Part shown: one piece after another, positions 11,299-23,394 of the stretch
Layout: each line of letters begins with the position of its first letter
Position numbering within the stretch: the first letter of the stretch is position 1
Origin: Camelus dromedarius
Lineage: Eukaryota
Direction of reading: 5' to 3'
Assembly: GCF_036321535.1 (NCBI RefSeq)
Contig: NC_087444.1
Location: 80,290,001 to 80,354,000 of the forward strand
Length of the DNA stretch: 64,000 bases
The notes under the pieces: model-generated
Seen by the model: only the letters and a program-made list of their open reading frames with translations
Databases searched by the model: none
What the model was told of the DNA's origin: nothing
Position numbers and translations under genes: made by a program

Positions 11299-11650
11299 CT
11301 GGAGTCCTGGCCTACCTGACTTCTGTTGCAGCCCCTCAACCAGGGCAGCGGCTTCCTCAGGGCTGTTTGGCTGCTGGCCCTGCACCCAGGCCTGGATCTC
11401 ATGGATCCCGCTGCCTGGCCAGGGCCTCATGGGGCCCCTTGACTTCCTTGTAACAGAACCCCTAGAAGTGCTGACCAGGGATCTTGGGGCTGGGCTCACC
11501 CCCCACCGGAGCTGGTGTGTTCTGGGAGACCCAGGGGGCGAGGGCAGATGCCTTGCTCATCCGGGCAGCCATCACGTGCCCTCCCAGGCAGAGCAGGACA
11601 GTCACATGGTCCAGGGCACTTCCTCTGGACCTAGAGACACAAAGGTGAGC
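11299..11650 (-). pseudogene. Decayed SCAN-domain exon upstream of ZNF497
   Basis: PSPKIPGQHF*GFCYKEVKGPHEALARQ, then a frame change, then HEIQAWVQGQQPNSPEEAAALVEGLQ. Acceptor ctcacag| at 11651, donor CAG|GTGAGG at 11298, TAG at 11464-11462. Confidence 0.75.
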
Positions 11651-11989
11651 CTGTGAGCAGAGGGAAGCCATGAAGACACCTCCCTAGAGCCCTCTGAGAG
11701 GAAGTGGGGTCTACAGGCCTGGGTGCTTGTGTCTGTGTATCCACAAGTCAAGGAGTGCTTGTGTCAGCCTGTGTGTCCAGGTGTCTGAGGGATAGACATC
11801 TGTGGTCACCCGTGCCGCCCCCTCCCCTCTCCCTGTTCTCCGGGTCCTCTGCCCTGGCTTCTTCAACTGCTTGGTTCCACACGGAACACTCTAGGCACAG
11901 CCAGACTTGACCAGCAGATGGATCTGCTGGACTGTCCCACTTCCACTGCATTTTTAAAAAATGTGAATTAGTTGCCAACATTAAAAAGT

Positions 11990-13010
11990 AATCAGATGCT
12001 GGTGGGAATGTAAAATGGTGCAGCCTATGTGGAAAACACTCTGTGGGTCCTCAAGTGGTTAAACATAGTTACCACACAACTCAGCAATTCCACTCTTAGT
12101 TGTCAATCCAAGAAAAATAAAAATGTGTCCATGCAAAAGNNNNNNNNNNNNNNNNNNNNNNNNNNNNNNNNNNNNNNNNNNNNNNNNNNNNNNNNNNNNN
12201 NNNNNNNNNNNNNNNNNNNNNNNNNNNNNNNNNNNNNNNNNNNNNNNNNNNNNNNNNNNNNNNNNNNNNNNNNNAAGGAATGAAGAATTGATATATCCCT
12301 CAAGATGTGTGAACCTTGCAAATATTATGCTAAGTGGAAGAATCCAGGCACAAAAGACTTCCTGTTGTAAGATTCTGTTTATCTGAAATGTCCAGGATAG
12401 GCAAATCTGTAAGAAACAGAAAGTAGATTGGTGGGTGCCTGGAGTGGAGGAGGAGGGACAGGGAATTTGGGTACAGATATGGAGTTTCTTTAGGGGTGAT
12501 GAAATCACCTAGAATTAGACAGTGGCAATGGTTACACAAGTCTGTGAATATGCTAATGACCACCAACTTGTACACTTTAAAATAGTGAATTTTATGGCAT
12601 GGAATTTATTTTTAAAAGAAAGTCATCAGCCAAATCCAAAAAGTTACTCATTATATAGTTTCATTTATGTAACATTCTTGAAATGATAAAATTGTAGAAA
12701 AAGAAAACAGATTACTAGTTACCAAGGGTTAAGGAGGGGGTGGAGTAAGGAGGGGGAGTGGGTGTGGCTATAAAAGGGCAACTTGAGGAATCCATGTGGT
12801 GATGGAAATAGTCAGTATCTTGACTATCAATCTGAATAACTTGTTGTAATTGGTACTATAGTTTTGCAAGATGTGACCATTGGATAAAACTGGGTAAACA
12901 GCACATAAGCTCTCTTTATATTATTTCTAACAGCATGTGAATTTATAATGATCTCAAAATTGAAAGTTTCATTTTATTATTTGTTTTTTAAACTTTTTTC
13001 TCCCAACGTT
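11990..13010 (+). mobile_element. Old L1M 3' end containing an assembly gap
   Basis: Typical L1MB/MC 3' sequences (gctggtgggaatgtaaaatggtgcagcc...; gtacactttaaaatagtgaattttatgg). Confidence 0.8.
12140..12274. other. Assembly gap (135 N)
   Basis: Run of N. Confidence 1.
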
Positions 13011-13016
13011 TTTATT

Positions 13017-13136
13017 GGAGGGGAAGGTAATTTAGGTTTATTTATTATTTGTTTTTTTAAACAGAGGTACTGAGGATTGAACCCAGGACCTTGTGCATAC
13101 TAGGCATGCACTCTACTACTGAGCTTTACCCTCCCC
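13017..13136 (-). mobile_element. tRNA-derived SINE (Vic-1-like)
   Basis: Reverse complement of ggggagggtaaagctcagtagtagagtgcatgcctagtatgcacaaggtcctgggttcaatcctcagtacctc plus tail. Confidence 0.88.
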
Positions 13137-13649
13137 GGGAAAGTGTCATTTTAAAAAAGTCATCAGAATTCAAAAAAAAAAAAAAATTCCGTTTTTGTGT
13201 CTGGAAAGACATGTTTCTGAGAATGGATCCTGGAAAAGCTGCCCGACACGCTACCCTTCTAACAGGGCCTCCCTGCCTGGAGTCAGCCCGGTCTTAGGGT
13301 AGCATCCAAATCCCTCATGGTCCTTCCCGTCTGCCGTCACCACTCTGCCCTCCCTACCTGTGCGCCTTTCTGCCTGAAAGACTTGTCCTCCAATTTGACA
13401 CCCTGAATGCCTACTCACTACGCGATGTGCAGGCCACAGGTCAGAGGCCACCTCCCCCGTGGGGCCCTGGCTCCCACGCCCACAAGGGGCTCTCGTCTGA
13501 GGGGTCACAGGTGCCTGTCATTCATTCATTCAGGTGAAGGCTGGGCTGGGCTCGGAGCACAGCAGGCAGGTCGGGGTGGGGGCTGGATGCTTGGGGGTAG
13601 GGGAAGCAACGCGAGAAGAGGTTTGAGTGAATGAATGAATGAGTGAATG

Positions 13650-14350
13650 AATGGATGGATGGAAGGGAGGCGATGGCGCAGCCCAGGCACCAAAGGCGGA
13701 ACCACAAAGCAGAGTCCCAGCAGCAGCCGAGTCGGGGTCGCCGCATGGACCCACCGCACTGGCGCTAGCGCACTTCCGCCCGGACCCCGGGAGCACCGAA
13801 CCACTCCCGGTCACACTGGGCTGCACGGAGATCCCGCTATGCGTGGTTCCAGGGCGTGCCACGCTCGGTCCTACCCTGAGCGGCGGGGGCGGTGGGAGGC
13901 AAAGGCGCGGGTCCGAGCCGGGCTGGACGGCGGCCGCTCGTCCAACTCACCGTCCTTGGCCCGCCTGGTGTCCACCTGCGCGGCTCCGGCGAGGACAGGT
14001 ACCGGACTAGCGCCCGGGCTCGGGCAGGGGGAGCGGTGGGCGGGTAGGTGGGCGCGGGGTGTTCTGGGAGCCTCGCGGTTTGCCCCAGGGCGCCCTAGCG
14101 TCCTGCGTTGCCGTGGACACGCTCCGCCCCTGCCTCAGCCCCGCCCCCGCCTTTCCTTCACTGACCGGGACGGATGGGGACACTCGCGAGCGCACCCAAG
14201 GTCGCCAGGGCCTTGGACACAAGAAGAAAACCTGGAGGAAGAAAGGTTCTGCGGTCAGAGGAGTGCACACTCCCCACCCCCGTCCATTCTCCGGCAACCG
14301 CGGCCTCCTCAAAACCATGAGGCGCCCGGTAGGGGCTCTGGGGCCGCATC
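13650..14350 (-). promoter_or_regulatory. ZNF497: CpG island; probable ZNF497 promoter and non-coding exon 1
   Basis: Dense CpG, GC boxes near 14130-14150, and a strong - strand donor ACG|GTGAGT at 13950. Confidence 0.6.
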
Positions 14351-15211
14351 TCCACAGCCTCCTGCTGGTCTAGCCCGCCCTACCTTAGGGAACAGCAGGC
14401 TGGAATCAATCTTTTTGGTGTAACAGTTACTCGCACTCAGCCTAGGTGAAACCGGGAAGGTCCCTGCAGGACATTCCCCGTCTACCCAGCTTCTTGTTTG
14501 GCCGTCCTCGAGTTCCAAAGAACAGACTCAAGCAGCTCATGGTTAGGACTAGATTCCTGGTTCCTTCTGAGGATGTATAGATAATCTGACAGCTATCTTT
14601 GTTGTTCTGCAGAAACTAAGACACCCCCCCCCCACACACACACACCTGGTGGAGGATGGTGGTGACTACCTGCTGCTTTACAAGCATGTAGACCCCAGAC
14701 TGGTTGAAACACAAAGTTGATGATTGAGATTCCCAAAATATCAGGCTGTTACCACCTTACCACCAACTAATCAGGAAAATGCCCACAAGCTGGTCAGGAA
14801 CCCTGCAGTCCTCACCCCTCACATTGCCTTCCCTGAAAGCCATGGGGGAGTTGCGGTCTTTTGAGCACTGGGCCCTGCCTTAAGCAACAGGGTTACCCCA
14901 GTTGCTCAGCTCCCTCCCCAGGATCTCTCCTCCACTCCTGGGAAGTCTGCCCTCCTGGCTTCCTGCCTTGGCCATCAGCCAGCTCTTCTGGGAGGCATGA
15001 GATGCAACTCATCTGGTGGCAGTACTGGCAGCCTAGAGTGCCTCTCTCCTCTCCCCCCTGGCCAGCTGGGTGTTCTCAGGGCTGATGGCCTCATCTACAA
15101 GATGGATGTGGTAACTGTAAATGTAAACGGCTGAGCATGGCCCGGCTCATTCCAGCAAGAGCCAACCCCAGGAAGGGCTTCACGCCTGCTGTTAAGATTT
15201 CCAGATTCATC

Positions 15212-15635
15212 TGTGGCTGTTGTTGGATTCCTGCTGCTGCTGCAACAAATTACCACAAATGTCATGGCTTAGAGCAATGTAAATTTATCATCTTGCAGTC
15301 CTGGAGCCTCATTCCGGAGGCTCTGAGACGAGATCTGTTTGCTTGTTTTTCCAGCTTCCAAACACCCTCCACTTTCCTGTCTTGGGAAAGTCTCTGTCTT
15401 CCACCACACACTCTCCATGTGTTACCCCATCTCCTTCATGTGGACTCTGCCCCGCCTGCCTTTCCTTGTACAATGACACCTTGGGCCCCATGAATAATCC
15501 TGGACAGTCTCCCAAATCAAGATCCTGAATCACCTCCTAGTCCTTTATGCCCTGTGAAGTACCCCAGTCACAGGTTCTGGGGACAAGGACATGTATCTCT
15601 TTCAGGGAAGGCAGGGCACTGTTCTGCCAGCCACA
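15212..15635 (-). mobile_element. MaLR (MLT1/MST-type) LTR
   Basis: ctgctgcaacaaattaccacaaa...ggcttagagcaa...cagttctg hallmark sequence. Confidence 0.75.
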
Positions 15636-17529
15636 CTGGCTTTCTCTGAGCTTTTCATATGATTTACTGGGCAAACAGTCTGTGCATTGAGATGCCATTT
15701 AGAGGAAACAAGACTAGATATTTACCCTGGAATCGTGATGGAGACTCACAACCACCCCATCTAGGGAAGGGCTCTCTTGGTGGTGTGTAGCTGTGACATG
15801 CTGACTGGGGGCTGACTCTGATGTGTGGCCGGCACCATGCATGGCGGGGCAGCCAGAGGGCCCACCCAGAGGGGAGGAAAATGGAACGAACTTGTCAACC
15901 AGGCTCCTGAATAGTAAGTCACTGAGTCAGAAAACTGACCTATTAAAGAACCCATGGGCAAGAATGAGAATTTTCTCTGGGTTCCTGTGACCCCCAGCAT
16001 GAAGATGGGCCTGCCCAGTGCGGCCTCTGGGGTTTGAACATGTGACCACCTTGCTGAGCACCAGGGCTCAGGGCTGCCCCTTTCTCTGTGTAGAAGGCAG
16101 ACATCCCTCTACCAAACAGTCCAGAAATCTGAGTTTGTTTACGGAAACTGCTCACTCCAGCCAGCTTTGGACTCACTGCTGCTTTCCTGTCAGTTCTGCG
16201 AATTTCTCACAGGCAGTGTCCAAGGTCTGAAAGTCATCAGGATGCGTGTAACCAGGGCGCTACGCGGTTTCACCCCAGGACACAGCAGAGTGACCGTACG
16301 TGGGTGCTGCGACCTGTGTCTCTGGAGGGCTGTTTTCCTCTTGAATGTCACAGCCACGTGACAGAAACGCACCAGTGCTCTGGGGGAAAGTTGTTGAGTG
16401 GAAATCAGACGCACTGAATTGGTTAAAGGTAAAAATGCAGAGTTTGGCACATTCCGCAGATCATGAGGGGCCACAGAAGCGGCTGGCGTCACTGCCCTGC
16501 TCTTGAGGGGACAGGAAGCTGAGGGCCTGAGTGAGGGGTGTCTGGTCTGGTCTGTGGTTGGCAAGTGACTGGTCTGGGGCCTCCTCCAAAGAAACAAGGA
16601 TAATGATAGGACAGGACCCTGCGGGACCGGAGGGTTCACGTACAGCCCTCATCACACACCTGATCATTGCACAGCCCTCCTCCCCTGCTGGGCCTGCGTG
16701 GGACTGGCCTGCAGCCCAGGGCAGGTGAAGCCACACCCTGCCCTCCCCTCCCCACCAGGGGGCCATCAATCAGGACCGATTCCTTGGAAATCCAACACCT
16801 CCGCCCACACTGTGGCAGCTGCCACTTTGTGCCTCGGTTTCTGCACCTGACAAATTACCAGTTGGGGCTCAATTGAGACCAAAGGGTGAGGGTACCTGGA
16901 GCCCCTCCTGCAAGCAAGTGTGAGGACAGGTGGGTGACAGTGGACACTAGCATGTCACACCCCAATGCCAGACTGCCCGTGGGGCCCCAAGAGAGTCCCC
17001 ATCACCCCACGAACCAGTGGGAGGATGTGAAGGGAAGCATCTCTTTCCCGGACACCTGTGGCTTCAGTCCAAGGATTCCCTTCCCAGGTGGGGATGATGT
17101 GGCCATCCTGGAAGCAAGACCATCCCACGAATAAACGGGTACAAAGTAACCTGCAGCAGACACCATTTCCACGTGGAGCGGTTCTTGTTGACCTATGGGG
17201 GGGGTGTCAAGGCAGGTGCATTCTTTACAATGTGGAGCTTGCTGTGCAAATCAAGTAGACAGGCCGGAGGGCCCAGGCTCCAAGAAGCGTTACTCGTACA
17301 CCAGGACTGGCCAGGCTTCTGGCTGGAGGCCATGTGGTGCTGCACCCATGGCAGGTAGACTGGCCCAGGGGCTGCTGTGACAAGGACAGCTGGACAGGAA
17401 GACTTGGCAGGGAATGGCCAGTGAGAATGCACTCCCTCACAGCCAGGGCACAGCAGCCCCTGGGGAAAACAGCCTGGAAGTTCCCCCGCAGTCAACAGAG
17501 CAGCTCCACTCCTAGGGGCCCCGCCCAAG

Positions 17530-18030
17530 AGAAATGAGTACAGGCCTTCAAGCAAAAACTTGCACACTGACGTTCACTGCAGCATTTCTCCTGACAGCCA
17601 GAGGGTGGAATCAACCCAAATGTCCATCCACTGATGAAGGGATAAACAAATTGTGGTCTGTCCGTACAAGGGAATGTCACATCAGTAGTAAAAATGAATG
17701 AAGTTCCAATACCTAGTTGGACCTCAGGAAATATGGTCAGTGAAAGAAGCCAGACACCAGAAGACCACGTGTTGTATAGTTCCATTTACCTGAAACAGGC
17801 ACATCCAGAGACAAAGAGATCAGTGAACGGGAGTAACTGCTTCATGAGTACAGAGTGTCATTTTGCGGTGCTGGAAGTGTTCTAGAATTAGACAGGGATA
17901 ATGAGTGAACAACTCAGAAAATAGATTACCTAAAAAATATAATAAAAACCAACCTGAAAAAAATTAAAAAAAAACCAACCTGAATTGTGCACTTTAAAAT
18001 GGTTCAGTTATGTTATGTGAATTGTATCTA
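17530..18030 (+). mobile_element. Old L1M 3' end
   Basis: caacccaaatgtccatccactgatgaagggataaacaaattgtgg...gtgcactttaaaatgg. Confidence 0.8.
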
Positions 18031-18199
18031 AAAAGGGGGTGGGCAGAATGCACTCTTGCCATAAGGGGTGTCTACCTTTGGCAGCTGGGCCAGGCCACTT
18101 GGCAACGCGCAGGATGTCACCTGGGCCCAGCCACAGGGACAACATTGTACTGAAAGGGTGTGTGTGGGCATGTGTTTATTTTTTATTTTTATTTTTTAA

Positions 18200-18306
18200 A
18201 GAAATTTTTGTGGGGAGTGATTAGATTTATTTTCTGAGGAGGTACTGGGGATTGAACCCAGAGCCTCGTGCATGGTGCACTTTACCACTTGAGCTATATC
18301 CTCCCC
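18200..18306 (-). mobile_element. tRNA-derived SINE (Vic-1-like)
   Basis: ggaggtactggggattgaacccagagcc...gagctatatcctcccc. Confidence 0.85.
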
Positions 18307-19567
18307 GGGGCATGTGTTCAAACAATACTTTTGTAATCAGAAAAACAAGGTCTTTGGAATTCCCAGTTAAAGATAAAATAGCAACTTCTTTCGAGTGGCC
18401 AAGCCGACTGCATGCCAAGCAGTTTTCGAATCAAAGCTTGATGTTGGGTTGGCAGCATTCCCCCCGGGGCACAGACTTTCCTTCAACCAGGCATCTTTCA
18501 GTCCACTCGTATCAAGAAGAAGTGCTTTGTGGGAGGCTGGACACACCTGCCGGGAACAGTGGGAGCAAGCCGAGGCCCAGGGCAATGCCTCATGGTGTCC
18601 CAAGGCCTGGGGAACTGCTGTCACCAGTTTACAAGGAAGCTGTGACTTGGCAGGGGCGAGACTCAGGCAGGTCCTAGGGCACAAGCCCTTACGCCTGCCC
18701 AGTCTGTCTGATGGTGGAGACCTGTCTCCACACCCAGGGCCCACTGGCTCCCTCCCTCTGCCACCCACCACAGATGCTCTCACAGCTGTGGGCTCCGCCC
18801 TCCCCCATTGTCTGCCTGCCCGCCCCCGCTCCCCAGCTTTCTCTGCAGCCCAGAGCCTCGGCCTCTGGGCGCTGTGGGTTTTGCAGATTTCCTTGGTCTG
18901 CCTCCAAGAAGCCAGGCTGACCTTGCACGGGGACCAACTGCAGAGCGGCTGGGGTGGCCCCCAGGACTCTCTGCTAACAGAGATCAGTCCAGGGACAAAT
19001 CTGAGGTCCCCCCACACACAGAAGGGGGCTCCTCAGCCATGCATCCTGATGTGGGGACCCTGTCACCCCTTCCTCCTTGAATAACTATAACCCCAGGGTG
19101 GACTCTGGCCCCTCCCACAGAGGAGGGGATCCCAACATGAGCGCTGAGCAGCAGGAAGGCAGGTACCTGGTTTTCTGTGCATCAGCCCAGGGGACGGACC
19201 AAGGCTTCTGCAATGTGCATCCCAGAAGCCCCACAGCTGGGATCCAGGTCCCTGTGACACAAGACCAGGTCTTAGTGTGAAGGACACTGGGACCTGGGCA
19301 CCTGCCACACTCCTGCCCCAAGGCTTCCAGTGATTGCCACCCCCACGTGGTCATGGCTGCATCCCGGTTTGCATAACAGCTGGCAATCAGCGCAGGGCCT
19401 CAAGCCAGCCCTCGGTGTGATCTTTGGGACCTCCAGGCACCCACCAGGGTGGGAGAAGATGCCACGGGCAGCCTGGCCAACCCAGGACGGCTAATCACCA
19501 TGGAATCAGCGGACCGGCTATAGGACGTGAGGCCACCTAGGACTGGGCAGGTTCCATTGAAGGAAGC

Positions 19568-20416
19568 TGTAGTGGATTGAATGGCACCCCCACCCCCAGA
19601 AGATACGTCCACACCCTAACCCCTGGAACCTGTGAATGGGACTGTCAGCCGAGGGAGGCTGATGTGGGGTTTTAGGAGGTGAGCGGCCCAAACGAAAAAA
19701 TGCACGAGGAGTTGCCATATTGCTGGACAGACTTCAGCCGGAGACACCATGGGGTTAACAACACTTTATTGTCACAGGGAGGTGCACCCTATGATGCACC
19801 TGTCCTGCTTTTATCTGTTTTCTGTCAGCACATGCGCGGTCTGAGTTTCTTTGTTCATTAGGCTTACAGAATATCTCTAGCACATGCGTACTTCTATTTT
19901 CTTTGTTCTAAATCTTATATAATTGATGCATGTGTGCAGCAATTATTTACTGCATACTACAAACATACTCTGATCGTGGCCTTGGGTCCCACGGCTATAA
20001 CTCATCTCAATGCTCCGATCGTGGCCTTGTTTCCCACAGCCTTAACTCATCTCAACACCAGCTCACAGGGACCTTATTTGGGAAAAGGCTATTTGCAGAT
20101 GTACTTAAGGATCTTGAGATGAGATCATCTTCAATTCCCTGGTGGTGCCCTAAATCCAATGACAGAAACCATAAGAGGGAGAGGGAAGAGGACGAGGCCA
20201 AGATGAGTGAGGCAGACACAAGCCAAGAAACACCTGAAACCTGGAGAAGCCAGGACAGGTGCAGGGGATGGTTTCTGCCTCAGAGCCTTCGGAGGGTATA
20301 GCCCTGCCGACACCTTGATTTCAGACTTCGGCCCACAGTACTGAGAGAAGAAAACCTTTGTTATTCCAAGCTGCCCAGCTGGTTGTACTCTGTTGTAGCA
20401 GCCACAGGAAACCAAT
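19568..20416 (+). mobile_element. MLT1 LTR split by a younger solo LTR
   Basis: Removing 19643-20072 rebuilds cctgtgaatgggaccttatttggg, the MLT1 consensus. Confidence 0.8.
19643..20067 (-). mobile_element. Solo ERV LTR (425 bp) with 5-bp TSD GGGAC
   Basis: TG...CA ends; GGGAC at 19638-19642 and 20068-20072; AATAAA on the - strand; internal tandem repeat of about 43 bp. Confidence 0.85.
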
Positions 20417-21399
20417 GTGGAGACTGGTCCAGCATCCTTGACAGGATGGGTGGGTTGCGGGGGGCTCTCCTGATCCCTGGTGATGTAGTCAGATGATGGC
20501 TCAGTGCCTGGACGGAGGGTCAGGGAAGACTGGGTGGTCCCAGGAGGCAGCAGCCCCCGTCTGACAGGAAGGGATCCTGAACTCACAGGAGGCAGGGGCT
20601 AAGGGGCATCCATTAGCCATGTGCACAGGCCCCCTGCTCCCACAGGTGGCTTCTCTGGCCATCTGCTATGACAAAAACCTGCCTCCCAGCACCAGACACA
20701 GCAGGTGGAATCTGCAGACTTTGGCTGCATCTCTCTGCCTCTCCTACTCCTAGCCTGCACCATCGAGCTCTCTTACCTACTAGGAGCCTGTCCCTGACCC
20801 TGAATTGCAACTGCCCAGGTGTCCTCAGAGTGACTTTTTGTCTGTCCTGAGTGGGCATGATCTCTGCCCTGAGCGCTTGCCCGGCCTTCCTAACTACCCC
20901 TGGGGCTGATGGTGAATAGGAATAGGACACCTTGGGGAAGGGGGAGTGGGGTGGGCTGAGAGGTTAATGTGACCCCGGCGGAATTCTGCAGAACCGCATG
21001 GCAACAGCACATGGGAAAGAGGTTAGTGAGGCTGAATGTCCTCAGAACTTGGACGTGGCCCACTGAGGCTAATAAGAGGGTGTTCAGGGAAGTCAATAGA
21101 GGCAGCCTTGAGGTGTGAGTGGCACAGATTCTGCGCCGAGACAGGGGTGGCTCCACCAACCTGAACCACGAGCCAATCTCACTCCCAGTGACAGCGCTAG
21201 AGGACGCAGCCCCTAGCCCCTCTCTCCTGTTCTGCACCGTACACCCAAAGGAGAGGCAGCGCATGACATACAGCAGGGCACAAGGAGTGCCCTCTGAGTG
21301 CGGGCTAAACTCCCTTCCACGTCTCTCCTTCCGGTGGTGCGTTCCCTCCTGGGCCTCAGCCTCCAGGCCCAGATGGGGGACGCGGGATGCAGAACTAGA

Positions 21400-21900
21400 C
21401 CAGACAGGCCCGCCCGGAACTGAAGGACCGACGTGCGGCGGCCAGCCCGGACCCGGAACGTGAGGACCGGAAGTGCACGATCGGGCCTCCACCGGGGATC
21501 CCGCGAACGCGAGTGGGAAAGGAGCAGGGGGTGGCGACCGCACCGAGGGCCTGAAGGTCCCCACGCAGGCTGCGCGGAGCCTTGCCCCCTACTCTTCAGG
21601 GCCGCCGCACTGAGAAGTAAGTGCCGCTACAAGGGCGTGCTGGAGCCGCCGCGGAGGCTGCTGGGAAGTGTAGTTCCGCCCGCCAGGGACTCCGGTTCTC
21701 ATGGCAACCGAGGCGGGAGCGGCGCAAACCTGCGTCGTCGTCAAGGAGATGGCGTCCAGGCGGGGCAGTGACTGCGAGATCCGGACTGGTAAATGGGTGG
21801 AATGGTCGAGGTGGGGAACACCCGGGCAGCTCTGAAACGTCCTGGTGAGCCGGCCGCGCGCCAGTTCCACGGCGGATTCTAGTATGTGCAGCCGCCCTCG
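21400..21900. promoter_or_regulatory. CpG-island promoter-like element with no assignable gene
   Basis: ETS CCGGAAGT 21467; ZNF143/THAP11 motif TGGGAAGTGTAGTT 21662-21675; RFX X-box GTTCTCATGGCAAC 21695-21708; YY1-like GAGATGGCG 21746. Confidence 0.6.
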
Positions 21901-22941
21901 AGAACCGCGCCCCGAGCCCGCCCCAAAGCCTTCTTGCTCTTTTGGGTGGGGGTGAGTTGGCCAGGCCTCCCACCCACCACGGCACCCTCACTGGTGCCCA
22001 CCTCTCGCGTGGCTGCCGCACCTCAGCCACACAGACACATCCAGTGTTTACCCGATGTGGCCCCCGTATGGCACACAGCAGCCGGCATGTGACGCCCCCA
22101 ACGGCCTCCTCCCACTGCGTGTCCCCTTCTCCATCTGTGGGTGTCTAGACGTTTAACTCCCTGCCTCTGTGCGGTCTGCCTCCCCGCCCATAGACAGCGT
22201 CGTGGCTGGATTTGGAACCGTTGGTGGGGCTTACTACACTTAGGTTGGAGCGGTGGCTGAAGGGCACTCCGAGGGCCGCTTGCCGGCTTGCCTACCCTTG
22301 TGGTACACAAAGGCCTTGCCACAGTTGCCACAGAGGAAGGAGTGCAACCTGTGTGGGTGCGCCGGCGCGTGGGCAGGCCCCACCACTGGCTGAAGGCCAT
22401 GCTACACTACCTGGGGCTTCTCAGTGCTGGGTCACCGGGCGCTCAGGGCTTACCAAAACAGACCTCTCATGCCTATGGGTGCACTGCTGCCAGAGGAACT
22501 TCAGGTCTTGCAGAAGGAGCCCCTGCTCTTGCAAGGGACACAGTCCCTGGAGTGAATTATCTGGTGCTGCCGCAGGTCCGGCCTGCCAAAGGCCTTATGC
22601 TGGGAACAGCACCAAAAAGCACCTGACTGCATTCATGGTCATGCGCCGGGGCTTTGGAGGAAATGGGGTTCCCACTTGAGGAACCCAACTCCCTTGAAAT
22701 ATCAGGTCTCTGGACTGGGGCTCATGCCAAGGCCACAGCTCGGGAGACCTGTGCTCTGGGGGAAGTCATCCTGCCACCTGCCACCCCTCCACGCATGTCC
22801 CCCTCCTGGGGGAGGGAGGGTCTCCCAGCTCTGTCCTCTGTGAGGTCCCACTGCAGCTCATTGGGAATCAGCCTGCTCAGTGTACTGGGCCGGAGCCTCT
22901 GTCCCGGGCCAGCCTCCAACTCAAAGTCCTGTTTGCAGAAT
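21900..22941 (-). pseudogene. ZNF837: ZNF837 relic
   Basis: TTG GAG GCT...EDRAGRPSLPQEGDMRGGVAGGRMTSP resembles the ZNF837 N-terminus. Eroded finger remnants (RTHTG..CGNCGKAF) near 22300-22360; frameshifted; lies between ZNF497 and RPS5. Confidence 0.65.
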
Positions 22942-23394
22942 CTGGAAGAGCTGAGAAATGGAGAGGCTGGCCCTTACCAAGCAAGAGGGGAAAAGGTGCC
23001 AGGAGCCATGAAAGCAAACTGCGGAGGCTCAGGCATCTGGGATGGCTTAGCCAAATTTTATAGCTTGAAAGCTATTAAAGGGGTGTAGACACAGAGAAAA
23101 GAATTTCATCGGTAGCTGAAAGCCACCAGCTCAGTGGGTGAGGTGGTCAAAGATAACCCTCTGTCTCTCCAGGCTGGGTTCCTCCCCTTGCCGCCCCTTC
23201 CCTGACCTCTCTCAGCTGTCTGACTCCTGGCTCCTACCTTCCCCTGCCTCCCTCTGCCTCCCCCTCACCCATAACCTTCACCAGCCACCCTGCACCTACT
23301 TCCGTAATGAGTGCCTGACAGGCCACGCCCACTTTTGGCCATTTGGTGGCTGCCAGCCCCGTGATGGAAACTGCTACTGAGCAGAGTTTAAAGC

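Noticed and set aside
12029-12508. ORFs spanning the N runs (also 43969-44299)
   Set aside because: Artefacts of translating assembly gaps
13647-14423. 258-aa ORF and other long ORFs over the CpG islands (14, 21.6, 30.6, 47 and 59 kb)
   Set aside because: Stop-poor GC-rich sequence, mostly non-ATG starts, Arg/Gly/Pro-biased, no domains
15700-17500. Possible decayed ERV internal sequence
   Set aside because: No convincing gag, pol or env motif by eye; left unassigned
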